A program made the position numbers and the translations under genes. Below are positions 55,170 through 64,000 of a DNA stretch of 64,000 nucleotides, piece after piece; the stretch's first letter is position 1; each line of letters starts with the position of its first letter. The stretch is from NCBI GenBank assembly GCA_028715415.1, contig JAQURX010000006.1:8505-72504 (forward strand), given 5' to 3'. The notes under the pieces are model-generated. The model searched no databases and had not been told where the DNA came from. It was given only the letters and a program-made list of their open reading frames with translations. This DNA comes from Candidatus Omnitrophota bacterium. GTDB lineage: Bacteria; Omnitrophota; Gorgyraeia; Gygaellales; Profunditerraquicolaceae.

Positions 55170-55831
55170 CAGCAATATCGTCTTGGAGCGGGGGAAAGGA
55201 TAGTTGTTTAGCTTGTTATAAAGCAATTAAACAAGGCTACAAGATAAAGTGCCTCCTTAATTTTATCTCACGGGAATCCCAGCGTGGCTGTTTTCATGGG
55301 ATTGAAGGAAGGCTTCTTAAGCATCAGGCGGATTTGGTGGGGATTCCTTTGGTGCAAAAAGAAGTTAGCCCTGACATGAAAGAATATGAGGAAGAATTTA
55401 AAGAGGCGGTTAATGATATAAGAGGAAGTGAAATTGCCTCAATGGTATTCGGGGATATCTATCTTCTTGAACATGAGAGTTGGGTGGAGCGTGTTTGTGG
55501 AGATTTAAAAATTAATGCTGTTGAGCCGTTATGGGAAAATAATCCCGAGAAAATAATTGATGAATTTTTGGATGCTGGGTTTAAGGCGGTTATTGTAAGT
55601 TGTAAAGCGGATATCATGGGAAAAGAATTCCTTGGCCGCCAAATTGATAAAAAACTAGTTGAGGAATTAAAAAAGAAAGGAGCGTGCCCTTGTGGTGAGA
55701 ATGGGGAATATCATACATTAGTAATTGACGGGCCTATATTTAAAAAGCCAATTGAAATAGTTGAGGCCCAACCAATTTTAAAAGAAGGGTTTTGGAAACA
55801 CTGGTTTTTGGATATTAAAAAATTCAATTAA
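55151..55831 (+). CDS. PP-loop ATP pyrophosphatase of the Dph6/MJ0570 (ATP_bind_4, diphthine-ammonia ligase-like) family
   Basis: SWSGGKDSCLA PP-loop. About 226 aa. Overlaps the cobS end, so it is translationally coupled inside the cob operon. Confidence 0.65.
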   Translation: MPMDKLTAISSWSGGKDSCLACYKAIKQGYKIKCLLNFISRESQRGCFHGIEGRLLKHQADLVGIPLVQKEVSPDMKEYEEEFKEAVNDIRGSEIASMVFGDIYLLEHESWVERVCGDLKINAVEPLWENNPEKIIDEFLDAGFKAVIVSCKADIMGKEFLGRQIDKKLVEELKKKGACPCGENGEYHTLVIDGPIFKKPIEIVEAQPILKEGFWKHWFLDIKKFN

Positions 55832-55981
55832 CTTTTTTTGAGAAGAAAAGCCGGATAGATGAAGGAAGTCTTGGTGTAAGCCCAAGCGCTGTCGCGCAAC
55901 GGTAAATCTCTTTTAGGGATAAGCCCGGTCGATCATCTATCATAAGGAAAGTACTCTCGCATGAAGAGAAAGGATTTAAGA

Positions 55982-57832
55982 ATGAAAAAATATTTAATAG
56001 CGCTGGTAGTGTCTTGCATTTTATCCCTCCCTGGTTATCTAAAGGCAGAAGATGTTAATCTAAATAAGATTGTTGTAACTGCTTCAAGGATTGAAGAGTC
56101 TTCCGGAGATATCGGACGCACTATTGATGTGGTCACTTCAAAGGATATAGAAAAAAGCGGGTCGCAAGACTTGGCAGACGCCATTACTAACCTTACTTCT
56201 GTTGATATAAGTAATTATGGCGGGCCTAATGCTACAAAGACAATTAGGATGCGAGGATCTACTGGTGCCCAGGTCCTAGTTTTGATGGACGGCAGGCCGA
56301 TAAATAATCCTAGGGATGGCGAAGTTGATTTTTCAACTATACCATTAGACAATGTATCCAGGGTTGAGGTCATGCATGGCCCCGGTTCAAGCCTATACGG
56401 AAGTTCTGCTATGGGAGGAGTGGTTAATATTATTACTAAGAATCCGCCTAGAGAAGGGCAGAAGGCTGAAATTTACTCTAGTTTTGGCACCCGCCGGACG
56501 TATATTGAACGTATGCTTTATGGGGCAAAGGCTCCAAAATTAGGCTTTCTTATCAGTGGAGGCTATCAAAGCTCTGAGGGTTTCCGTGAGAATTCCACGC
56601 TTAATGCCAAAGATTGCAATCTTAAATTAGGGTATGATTTAAACAGTGAAAATAATTTAAGCCTGAATTCCGGTTTTTATAAAAGCAGGGTGGGTGTGCC
56701 CTATAAGGTTTCTACTCCTGATTTAGAAGATAAGCAAAATACCTTGAATCGTTTTTTTGATTTTAGCTGGAATTTTAAGCCTGATACCAAGACTACTTTA
56801 TTAGCTAAGGTTTATCAGAATTATGATAGATTGGAATTTTTGGATTTTTCATCAGGCTATAGCAATAAAAGTATCCATGGAACCACGGTAAGAGGGGGAG
56901 ACTTACAGTTTGAAAAACAATTATTAGATTTATACCGTTTGGTCTGCGGGTTTAATTATGTCAAGAATATGAATGATAGTACTGCCACTGCAAAACATAA
57001 ATATGATGTTACGGCAGGGTATTTGCAGAACCATTTTGATCTTTTTGATAAACTAAAGATTAATTTGGGTGCCAGAATAGATAATTATTCTAACTTTGGC
57101 ACGCAATTTAACCCTAACCTCGATTTTCTTTATACCTTAAACGAAGCTATAAAACTGCATGGTTTAGTAAGCCGTTCATTCCGCGCCCCCACTTTTAATG
57201 ATTTATATTGGCCAAGGACAGATTACTATTACTATGGGTTTTGGGTTGGAGGAGAGGAAGGAGACCCGAATTTAAAGCCGGAAAAAGGGGTAACTGAAGA
57301 ACTCGGGGTTGAAACAAAATTAAATAAATATATCACTTCGGGTTTGACTTATTACCATAGCGATTATGACCAACTTATCCAGTGGTCAGATGATGGAAGC
57401 GGAATGTGGAGGCCACAGAATGTAAGCTCTGCTTCAATCAATGGTATAGAATTTGAAAACTTGGTAGATATTTCTGATAAGTTTGGATTGGGTATTAATT
57501 ATACATTTTTAATGGCAAGAGATAAGAAAACCCATAAGTACCTTGTCTACCAGCCAGAGAATAAAATTGACTCTTCTTTGAAGTATAATGACCATAATGG
57601 GCTGACTGCTGAACTAAAGAGCCAATTTACAGGCGTGAGATTTAATGATGCTAACAATACAGGTAAGGTAAAGAGTTTTTTTGTTTTGGGGCTAAATGTA
57701 TCAAAGAAGTTTAAGTCAGGCTTAACTTATTTTGCATACATAGATAATCTTTTAAACCGTAAATATCAGGTTCAATCTGGTTTTCCTATGCCCGGATTTT
57801 CCTTTACTGGTGGGGTTAAAGCCGAATTTTAG
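55982..57832 (+). CDS. btuB: TonB-dependent outer-membrane receptor (BtuB-like)
   Basis: AAAGGA RBS then ATG at 55982. Signal peptide. TonB-box-like NKIVVTASR. Plug plus 22-strand barrel length. C-terminal ..KAEF. Confidence 0.85.
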   Translation: MKKYLIALVVSCILSLPGYLKAEDVNLNKIVVTASRIEESSGDIGRTIDVVTSKDIEKSGSQDLADAITNLTSVDISNYGGPNATKTIRMRGSTGAQVLVLMDGRPINNPRDGEVDFSTIPLDNVSRVEVMHGPGSSLYGSSAMGGVVNIITKNPPREGQKAEIYSSFGTRRTYIERMLYGAKAPKLGFLISGGYQSSEGFRENSTLNAKDCNLKLGYDLNSENNLSLNSGFYKSRVGVPYKVSTPDLEDKQNTLNRFFDFSWNFKPDTKTTLLAKVYQNYDRLEFLDFSSGYSNKSIHGTTVRGGDLQFEKQLLDLYRLVCGFNYVKNMNDSTATAKHKYDVTAGYLQNHFDLFDKLKINLGARIDNYSNFGTQFNPNLDFLYTLNEAIKLHGLVSRSFRAPTFNDLYWPRTDYYYYGFWVGGEEGDPNLKPEKGVTEELGVETKLNKYITSGLTYYHSDYDQLIQWSDDGSGMWRPQNVSSASINGIEFENLVDISDKFGLGINYTFLMARDKKTHKYLVYQPENKIDSSLKYNDHNGLTAELKSQFTGVRFNDANNTGKVKSFFVLGLNVSKKFKSGLTYFAYIDNLLNRKYQVQSGFPMPGFSFTGGVKAEF

Positions 57833-57871
57833 AAATAAATAGGATAGTCTGTTTCTTAGCGATAAATTCAC

Positions 57872-58012
57872 TTGATAATTTGAAGAATCAAAATATAATA
57901 AAGAAGAAAGATAACGGGATTTAAAGAAATTATCAGGCGGATATTATTTGATGTCAGGTAAAACTGAAGTAGTCCAGAAAACAGCTTCTATGAAAATAGG
58001 GGCTGTTTTTTT
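57872..58012 (+). promoter_or_regulatory. Promoter (TTGATA, 16 nt spacer, TATAAT) + about 120-nt leader ending in hairpin AAAACAGC ... GCTGTTTTTTTT immediately before the kinase start
   Basis: Possible 26-codon uORF from 57951 running through the hairpin and overlapping the main ATG out of frame. Confidence 0.4.
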
Positions 58013-58026
58013 TGCGGGCAGGATAT

Positions 58027-60840
58027 ATGATTAAATTCTTCTTAAGTCAGATGGATTACATCCTTTTTGTTTACGGCTTAAGTTTTATCGTTATAGCCGT
58101 AATTTCGCTGCTGTTGTTTGTCTCCCATAAAGAAAAATGGCTTTGGAAATGGCTTGCGTGGTTTGGTTTTTTCCAAGGGATATATGCCTGGCTCAATTTG
58201 TTGACATTGCATACCATTAGCAATGAAATATTCAATGTTGTTACTATTTTTTTCTTGATAGTTTCTTTAGTCTGTTTTTTTGAATCTGGAAGATGGTATA
58301 TAGAAAAAAGTTATGGACGTTTGTTCAGCAGGTGGGTTTATATTCCAGCATTTCTATTGCTTATTTTAGGCTGGCATCTTGATGGTATAACAGGTGTCAA
58401 TGTATTTTCCCGGTATATTTTTGGTGCAATAGGAGGCCTTTTAGTTGCTTTTGTATTTTTCAAGGTTTCTAAAACGAATATATTTAAAAGGACAAGAAGC
58501 AGTTTTGTATTGCCTCAAGTAATTATTTTGGTGCTATTTTCTTTGAGCCAAATTATTGTCCCTTATGCGAAGTTCCCTCCGGCAAATTTTATTAATCAGG
58601 ATGCTTTCTTTCAGGTCACAGGTATACCTATACAGTTAATTAGGGCACTAGTTATTTTAATTTCCGCTTTGTTCCTGTGGTTATATTTTCGTTCAGCAGA
58701 AGTATTACCCGTTGCTTCCAAATCCAAGAAGGAGAAATACATAATTGCAGGATTGGTTTACGTTATATTATTCTTTGGTTGGATAATTACTGAGCAGATC
58801 GGAGAGTATTACAAGAAGGAAATCAATCACAACTTGCTTAGAGACGCAAAAATTGTATCTAGCGCTGTTAATCCCCGGCGCATAAAGAATCTCAGCGGTT
58901 CAGATGCTGATATAGGAAAAGAAGATTATGAAAGAATCAAAGAACAGCTTTTTGAAGTCCTTAAGAGTTCTCCTGAGCAAAGATATGCTTATTTGTTAGG
59001 CTACAAAGATGGGAAAATTTTCTTTTATGTTGATGCTGAGCCTGTTGATTCTTCTGGCTTTGCTCCTCCGGGAGAAAGCTATAAGGATTTCCCACTGGAA
59101 TTAATCAGTTGTTTTGTGAAAGGTGATAGTAAGGTTATAGGCCCTTATAAAGATAAATGGGGTGATTGGGTTTCTGCTTTTGTCCCAGTCAGGGATTTTC
59201 AGACTAAAGAAATACTCGCGGTGTTAGGCGTGGATACCATGGTGTCAAAATGGGAAAACCTCGTATATAATTACAGGCTTTCCGGTATAGCGATTTCTTT
59301 CATTCTATTCGTATTTTTCGGAGTTTTTGTACTTATTATTCAGCTGCGAATTATTTCTGCAGAGGCTTTAGTTGAAAATGAAATTAAATTCCGTAAATTG
59401 TTTGAAAATTCCTTTGACGCGGTAATGATGCTTGATAGTAGGGGAATTTTTGATTTCAATCCCGCGGCTTTAAGAATGTTTCGTATTACCGATAAAAATA
59501 AGATAATTGGCTTAAATCCCGGAATACTTTCTCCACCTCATCAGCCTGATGGCATGGATTCGGTTGCATTAGCTTCTCGGCGTATTAATGAAGCAATGGA
59601 GAATGGTTCTTGCCAGTTTGAGTGGTTGCATCAGAGGTCAGATGGGAGTAATTTTATAACAGAAGTAAGGCTTTCAGCTTTTGATTTATTCGGCCGCAGT
59701 GTTGTCCAGGCAATTGTTCTTGATATCAGTGAGCGCAAGCGCCAGGAAGAAAAGATAAGGCAGGCAGCGGAAGAATGGCAGCGCACATTTGATTCTATAC
59801 CTGACCTTGTTTTTATTATGGATACAGAATCGCACATTGTTAAGGCAAATAAAGCTTTTATTGATATTTTTGGCGAAAATGGCAAGCCTGATAATTTTAT
59901 CGGGAAGAAATGTTATGAGATTATTCATAAATCCACGGAACATTGGCCGACTTGCCCTTTAAAGGGCACTATTGATAGTAGAAAATCTGTTACGGCTGAA
60001 GTGGATGATTTACAGATAGGCAGGCCTTTGTTAGTTACAACAGCAGCTGTGTTGGATGATGCTGGCAATGTTATAAATATAGTACATTCCGCAAAAGATA
60101 TTACCGAGATTAAAAAAGCACAGGTTGCCTTGCAGGAGGCGAACAAGAAGCTTGAGGAGATTAATTTGCGCAAATCAATCTTTGTGGCAAATGTATCGCA
60201 TGAATTTAAGAATCCTCTTGCTATAATCAACGAATCATTGGGGCTTATCATTGATAGAATCGCCGGAGAAATAAGCCAAAAGCAGGAAAGCTTGATAAGG
60301 ACTGCGAAAGAAAATATTGAACGCCTGACGCGTTTAGTAACTGACCTTTTGGATGTTTCTAAGATTGAATCAGGGAAGATGGGATTAAGAAAAGAACAGC
60401 TCGATATATCAGTATTATTGAAAGAAATCCTGCCTGTTTATGAGAGGGAGATTTGGAAGAAACAGCTTAGCCTTAAGGAGGAAGTTGCAGCAGGCGCAGG
60501 GTTAGTTTGGGCTGATAGGGACAAGTTGACAGAAGTTATAATAAATCTTTTAAACAACGCGATTAAATATACTCTCCCTGGAGGAAGCATTGATATAAAA
60601 CTAAGCGGGGTTGAAAAAGAAATACGTTTTGAGATTTTTAATTCCGGTGAAGGGATACCGGATGAATACAAAGAAAAAATATTTGATAAGTTTGAAAGGA
60701 TTACTTCGGAAAAAGAAGAAGGAACAGGCCTTGGCCTTCCAATAGCCAAGGATATAATTGAACTTCATAAGGGAAAACTTTGGGTAGAGAGCGAATTTGG
60801 TAAAGGCAGTAAGTTTATATTTACCCTTCCAAGAGCTTGA
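58027..60840 (+). CDS. Membrane sensor histidine kinase: N-terminal multi-TM domain, periplasmic/extracytoplasmic region, two PAS domains, HisKA + HATPase
   Basis: About 7 N-terminal TM helices. PAS folds (one with C-x-x-x-H-W-P-T-C). H-box VSHEFKNPL. G1/G2 boxes. ATG at 58027 chosen over the in-frame TTG at 58012 that starts the track ORF. Confidence 0.85.
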   Translation: MIKFFLSQMDYILFVYGLSFIVIAVISLLLFVSHKEKWLWKWLAWFGFFQGIYAWLNLLTLHTISNEIFNVVTIFFLIVSLVCFFESGRWYIEKSYGRLFSRWVYIPAFLLLILGWHLDGITGVNVFSRYIFGAIGGLLVAFVFFKVSKTNIFKRTRSSFVLPQVIILVLFSLSQIIVPYAKFPPANFINQDAFFQVTGIPIQLIRALVILISALFLWLYFRSAEVLPVASKSKKEKYIIAGLVYVILFFGWIITEQIGEYYKKEINHNLLRDAKIVSSAVNPRRIKNLSGSDADIGKEDYERIKEQLFEVLKSSPEQRYAYLLGYKDGKIFFYVDAEPVDSSGFAPPGESYKDFPLELISCFVKGDSKVIGPYKDKWGDWVSAFVPVRDFQTKEILAVLGVDTMVSKWENLVYNYRLSGIAISFILFVFFGVFVLIIQLRIISAEALVENEIKFRKLFENSFDAVMMLDSRGIFDFNPAALRMFRITDKNKIIGLNPGILSPPHQPDGMDSVALASRRINEAMENGSCQFEWLHQRSDGSNFITEVRLSAFDLFGRSVVQAIVLDISERKRQEEKIRQAAEEWQRTFDSIPDLVFIMDTESHIVKANKAFIDIFGENGKPDNFIGKKCYEIIHKSTEHWPTCPLKGTIDSRKSVTAEVDDLQIGRPLLVTTAAVLDDAGNVINIVHSAKDITEIKKAQVALQEANKKLEEINLRKSIFVANVSHEFKNPLAIINESLGLIIDRIAGEISQKQESLIRTAKENIERLTRLVTDLLDVSKIESGKMGLRKEQLDISVLLKEILPVYEREIWKKQLSLKEEVAAGAGLVWADRDKLTEVIINLLNNAIKYTLPGGSIDIKLSGVEKEIRFEIFNSGEGIPDEYKEKIFDKFERITSEKEEGTGLGLPIAKDIIELHKGKLWVESEFGKGSKFIFTLPRA

Positions 60841-60978
60841 AAATAATTCTAAAGAATATGCCAAATCTTTAAAAATATTGATAATTTATGTTTATAGTTT
60901 ATAATAACACCATGTAAATTAATTTGCCTCTAATTCTATCCGGTGGATTAGGGAAAACTTGTGTTTAAGGAGACCAAT

Positions 60979-61605
60979 ATGATTTTAAATTTTTTCCCAA
61001 GAGAAATTAGTTTTTTTGATTTGTTTGATAAGCAAATTGGTTATGCGGTTGATGCCGCGAAGCTTTTTAATCAAATAGTCTCTAAAGGCGAGATTAACGA
61101 AGAGTCGCATAAGAAAATAAGAGAGCTCGAACATCTGGGAGACGAAGCAGCGCATTCTATTATAGACCAGCTGAATAAGACTTTTATTACTCCTTTTGAC
61201 CGGGAAGATATACATACTTTGACGAAGGAGATTGATGACGTCATTGATATGATTAATACAATTATGAACCGTTTAGTTATTTATAAAATATCAGGTAAGG
61301 ATAAAAATCTTATTGAGTTTGCTTCGGTTATTGAAAATTCAGTTATTGCTGTTGCTTGTGCGGTGAATGGTTTAAGGAATATGAAGAATTTTAAATCTGT
61401 TTCTGAGTCTTGCGTTGAGATTAACCGTCTTGAGAATGTAGGGGACTCTATGAGAGATAAGGCGCTCGCCGAACTTTTTGAAAAAGAAAAAAATCCCATA
61501 GCGGTAATTAAATGGAAAGAGATTTATCAAGATGCAGAAACAGTCCTTGATATCTGCGAAGACGTTGCGCATGTAGTTGAATCTTTGTTTGTAAAACAGG
61601 CTTAA
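60979..61605 (+). CDS. DUF47 (PhoU-like) protein paired with the Pit phosphate transporter
   Basis: AAGGAG RBS 6 nt before the ATG at 60979. MILNFFPREISFFDLF is the typical DUF47 start. Helical bundle. Context: pit. Confidence 0.75.
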   Translation: MILNFFPREISFFDLFDKQIGYAVDAAKLFNQIVSKGEINEESHKKIRELEHLGDEAAHSIIDQLNKTFITPFDREDIHTLTKEIDDVIDMINTIMNRLVIYKISGKDKNLIEFASVIENSVIAVACAVNGLRNMKNFKSVSESCVEINRLENVGDSMRDKALAELFEKEKNPIAVIKWKEIYQDAETVLDICEDVAHVVESLFVKQA

Positions 61606-61610
61606 GTTAA

Positions 61611-62603
61611 ATGACATTAAGTATTATTTTTCTGATATTGTTAGCTTTAGTTTTTGATTTCTTGAATGGTTTCCATGATTCAGCAAATTCTATAGCTACG
61701 ATTGTTTCAACAAGAGTTTTATCCCCTCGTTTAGCGGTTTTTTGGGCGGCTTTCTTTAATTTCATCGCTTTTTTATTTTTTGGCCTGCATGTTGCAAATA
61801 CTATCGGAAAAGGCATTATTGATATCGCGATTATTGATAAGGGTATCATTTTTGGAACACTTATTGGAGCTTGTGGTTGGAATATAATTACTTGGTATTT
61901 TGGGCTGCCTACCAGTTCTTCTCATGCTTTAATCGGAGGGATGATTGGTTCTGCTTTGGTTAAGGCCGGGCCCAAATCTCTTGTTTGGAGCGGGATATTA
62001 AAGACAGTGACTTTTATAATTATTTCTCCTTTAGCAGGGCTTATCCTCGGCCTCTTATTAGGTGTGATTGTTTATACTTTATTCCGAAAGAGCTCTCCTT
62101 TAAAAGTAGACCACATTTTTAGAAAGGGGCAGTTGGTATCTGCCGCATTTTACAGTATAGGCCATGGAGGTAATGATGCGCAAAAAACCATGGGTATTAT
62201 TGCAAGTTTGCTTTTTAGCGCAGGGCTTCTCGGAGGTAAATTCTATATTCCTAATTGGGTTGTAATTGCCTGTTATTCTGCGATATCAGTAGGTACTATG
62301 TTAGGGGGATGGCGCATTGTAAAGACGATGGGGCAGAAGATAGCCAAGCTTAAGCCGGTAGATGGGTTTTGCGCGGAATTTGGCGCTGCAATTACACTGT
62401 TTGTTTCCTCTGCTTTTGGTATACCGGTAAGCACAACACATACTATTACCGGCTCAATTATGGGGGTTGGTTCAATCCGCAGGCTTAGCGCTGTAAAGTG
62501 GGGAGTTGCAGGAAATATTATTTGGGCTTGGGTACTAACTATTCCTTGCTCGGCAGCTATTTCGGCTTTAGCTTATAGTTTAACCAAATTTAAGCATTTT
62601 TAG
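61611..62603 (+). CDS. pit: Low-affinity inorganic phosphate transporter (PiT/PHO4 family)
   Basis: GFHDSANSIAT N-terminal signature repeated as GGNDAQKTMG in the second half. About 10 TM helices. Confidence 0.9.
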   Translation: MTLSIIFLILLALVFDFLNGFHDSANSIATIVSTRVLSPRLAVFWAAFFNFIAFLFFGLHVANTIGKGIIDIAIIDKGIIFGTLIGACGWNIITWYFGLPTSSSHALIGGMIGSALVKAGPKSLVWSGILKTVTFIIISPLAGLILGLLLGVIVYTLFRKSSPLKVDHIFRKGQLVSAAFYSIGHGGNDAQKTMGIIASLLFSAGLLGGKFYIPNWVVIACYSAISVGTMLGGWRIVKTMGQKIAKLKPVDGFCAEFGAAITLFVSSAFGIPVSTTHTITGSIMGVGSIRRLSAVKWGVAGNIIWAWVLTIPCSAAISALAYSLTKFKHF

Positions 62604-62688
62604 AGTTTCGGAGTATATTAAAAGAAGGTTTGACAAAAATAGAAAAGGAAGGTATAATAAATTCAAATAAAGATTAGAAAATCTTAGG

Positions 62689-62726
62689 CCGTAAAGGGAA
62701 GACAACTAACCTTTACGGTTTTTTGT
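62689..62726 (+). terminator. Rho-independent terminator
   Basis: CCGTAAAGG ... CCTTTACGG followed by TTTTTTG. Confidence 0.7.
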
Positions 62727-62776
62727 TTCTTTGAGGATATTTTAGTGCAAAAAAAGGAGTAATTATTAAAAAAGTA

Positions 62777-62923
62777 ATGACTTCATATAAAGGCCGGGTT
62801 TGCAAGTATCGCGGATGCAAACATATTTTAAGTATATATAATCATGAACAGTATTGCCATGTTCATTTAAGTAAATTATTGCAGGAGGATCGAGTAGGAG
62901 TTTCCAGCTTGAAAAAGAGATGA
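62777..62923 (+). CDS. Possible 48-aa zinc-finger-like ORF, overlapping the helicase start by ATGA
   Basis: MTSYKGRVCKYRGCKHILSIYNHEQYCHVHLSK.. (C-x4-C ... C-H-x-H). Weak SD (GGAG 17 nt upstream). Confidence 0.3.
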   Translation: MTSYKGRVCKYRGCKHILSIYNHEQYCHVHLSKLLQEDRVGVSSLKKR

Positions 62924-64000
62924 CAAATAATATTGTGCCACAAGAGGTGAAAAAGCAACAAAGTGCAACTTTTTATGGTTTAGGAATAGCACCTAAGATC
63001 CTGGAGGTTCTAAGCCACTTGAAGTTTTTTGTGCCTACTCCGATTCAGGAAAAAGCCATACCCGGAGCTATTGAAGGCAAGGATGTTATAGGTATTGCTC
63101 AAACCGGGACAGGCAAAACGCATTCTTTTGCTATCCCTATGGTGCAGAGGCTTGCACAAAAGAAAGGTATCGGATTAGTGCTTGCTCCTACAAGGGAATT
63201 AGCTTTGCAGATTGATGAAGCCTTTAAGCCGCTTACTAATGCCTTTGGTATAAAAACAGCCTGTCTTATCGGAGGCGCTCCTATGCAGGAACAGATTAGG
63301 GCGCTTCATAAGAATCCTCGGGTAATAGTTGCAACTCCCGGTCGTTTAATTGACCACATGAGCCAGTGGAATGTCTCGATAGAAGAGGCAAATATGCTTG
63401 TTTTGGATGAGGCTGATAGAATGCTTGATATGGGTTTTGCCCCTCAACTTGATAAAATTTTCCATTTCCTACCTAAAGACAGGCAGACAATGCTTTTTTC
63501 TGCGACTATGCCCAAAGAAATTATGAAAATTGCGTCAACACATATGAAGCTTCCTGTTTGTGTTGAGATTGCTCCTTCAGGCACTGCTGCGGAGTTTGTT
63601 ACGCAGGAATTATTTATCGTTAAAAAGGAAGCAAAGGCACGGTTATTGGTAAAATTAATTTCTAAATATAAGGGTGCGGTTCTTTTGTTCTCCAGGACAA
63701 AGCATAATGCAAAGAAATTAACCCAGCATCTTAGGGAATTGGGAGTTAATGCTGCTGAAATGCATTCAAATCGTTCTCTTGCTCAACGCCGCCAGGCATT
63801 AGATGGTTTTAAATCAGGACGGTATAAGGTTTTGGTTGCAACTGACATTGCTGCAAGGGGCATTGATGTTACGGGTATAGAAGTAGTTATTAATTACGAT
63901 CTTCCTGAGGACGCGGAAAATTATGTCCATCGTATTGGCAGGACAGGAAGGGCAGGCCAAAAGGGGCATGCGATTTCTTTTGCTACGCCAGACCAGAGCA
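62920..64000 (+). CDS. DEAD-box ATP-dependent RNA helicase (RhlE/CshA-like), 3' end beyond window
   Basis: AQTGTGKT, PTRELA, DEAD, SAT and HRIGRTGRAG motifs in order. No stop codon before position 64000. Confidence 0.9.
   Translation, partial: MTNNIVPQEVKKQQSATFYGLGIAPKILEVLSHLKFFVPTPIQEKAIPGAIEGKDVIGIAQTGTGKTHSFAIPMVQRLAQKKGIGLVLAPTRELALQIDEAFKPLTNAFGIKTACLIGGAPMQEQIRALHKNPRVIVATPGRLIDHMSQWNVSIEEANMLVLDEADRMLDMGFAPQLDKIFHFLPKDRQTMLFSATMPKEIMKIASTHMKLPVCVEIAPSGTAAEFVTQELFIVKKEAKARLLVKLISKYKGAVLLFSRTKHNAKKLTQHLRELGVNAAEMHSNRSLAQRRQALDGFKSGRYKVLVATDIAARGIDVTGIEVVINYDLPEDAENYVHRIGRTGRAGQKGHAISFATPDQS

Noticed and set aside
55832-55981. Separate riboswitch upstream of btuB
   Set aside because: Only about 130 nt with a single short hairpin and no B12 motifs. 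btuB is most simply expressed from the upstream riboswitch-controlled transcript.

Overview
This is a 64-kb AT-rich bacterial fragment in which every supportable gene lies on the + strand. The gene content suggests a Gram-negative, probably anaerobic organism from a poorly characterised lineage: there is an omptin-like protease, an autotransporter, a TonB-dependent receptor, a maltoporin-type porin, a rubrerythrin and a desulforedoxin-like protein. In order the window holds:
- an RND efflux pump with its outer-membrane lipoprotein;
- cspA with a long structured leader, then an ABC-F ATPase;
- three tiny Cys/Lys-rich ORFs;
- an RRM protein, an Smr-like ORF and ArfB (a ribosome-rescue cluster);
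- a metallophosphoesterase-rubrerythrin fusion followed by a desulforedoxin-like ORF and a Cys-rich peptide;
- a GIY-YIG protein, an autotransporter, a PIG-L deacetylase, a CDF transporter, YjbQ and a TPP-dependent decarboxylase;
- an omptin-like outer-membrane protease, YkgJ, PlsC, a response regulator, YciH and an MBL-rhodanese fusion;
- an SGNH hydrolase and three uncharacterised envelope proteins;
- a 1460-aa CheB-CheR-PAS-histidine-kinase megaprotein with its response regulator;
- carB (no adjacent carA) and rubrerythrin;
- a ScrY/LamB-like porin with a xylFGH-like ABC sugar importer;
- a PilZ/DUF2062/Ca-binding/two-component cluster and MsrBA;
- a cobalamin-riboswitch-controlled btuFCD-cobCUTS-btuB salvage operon carrying an embedded Dph6-like PP-loop ATPase;
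- a membrane PAS histidine kinase, a DUF47-Pit phosphate transporter pair and a partial DEAD-box helicase.
The points most worth a second look are:
- two related intergenic elements bounded by inverted repeats and lacking any ORF, inserted inside the B12 operon; one is clearly G+C-richer than its flanks and strongly structured;
- the Dph6-like amidoligase homologue sitting among cobalamin salvage genes;
- the phosphoesterase-rubrerythrin fusion with its desulforedoxin-like and Cys-rich partners;
- a degenerate Smr-like ORF translationally coupled between an RRM protein with a KPW-repeat tail and ArfB;
- four separate promoter, leader, hairpin and U-tract units placed directly in front of genes.
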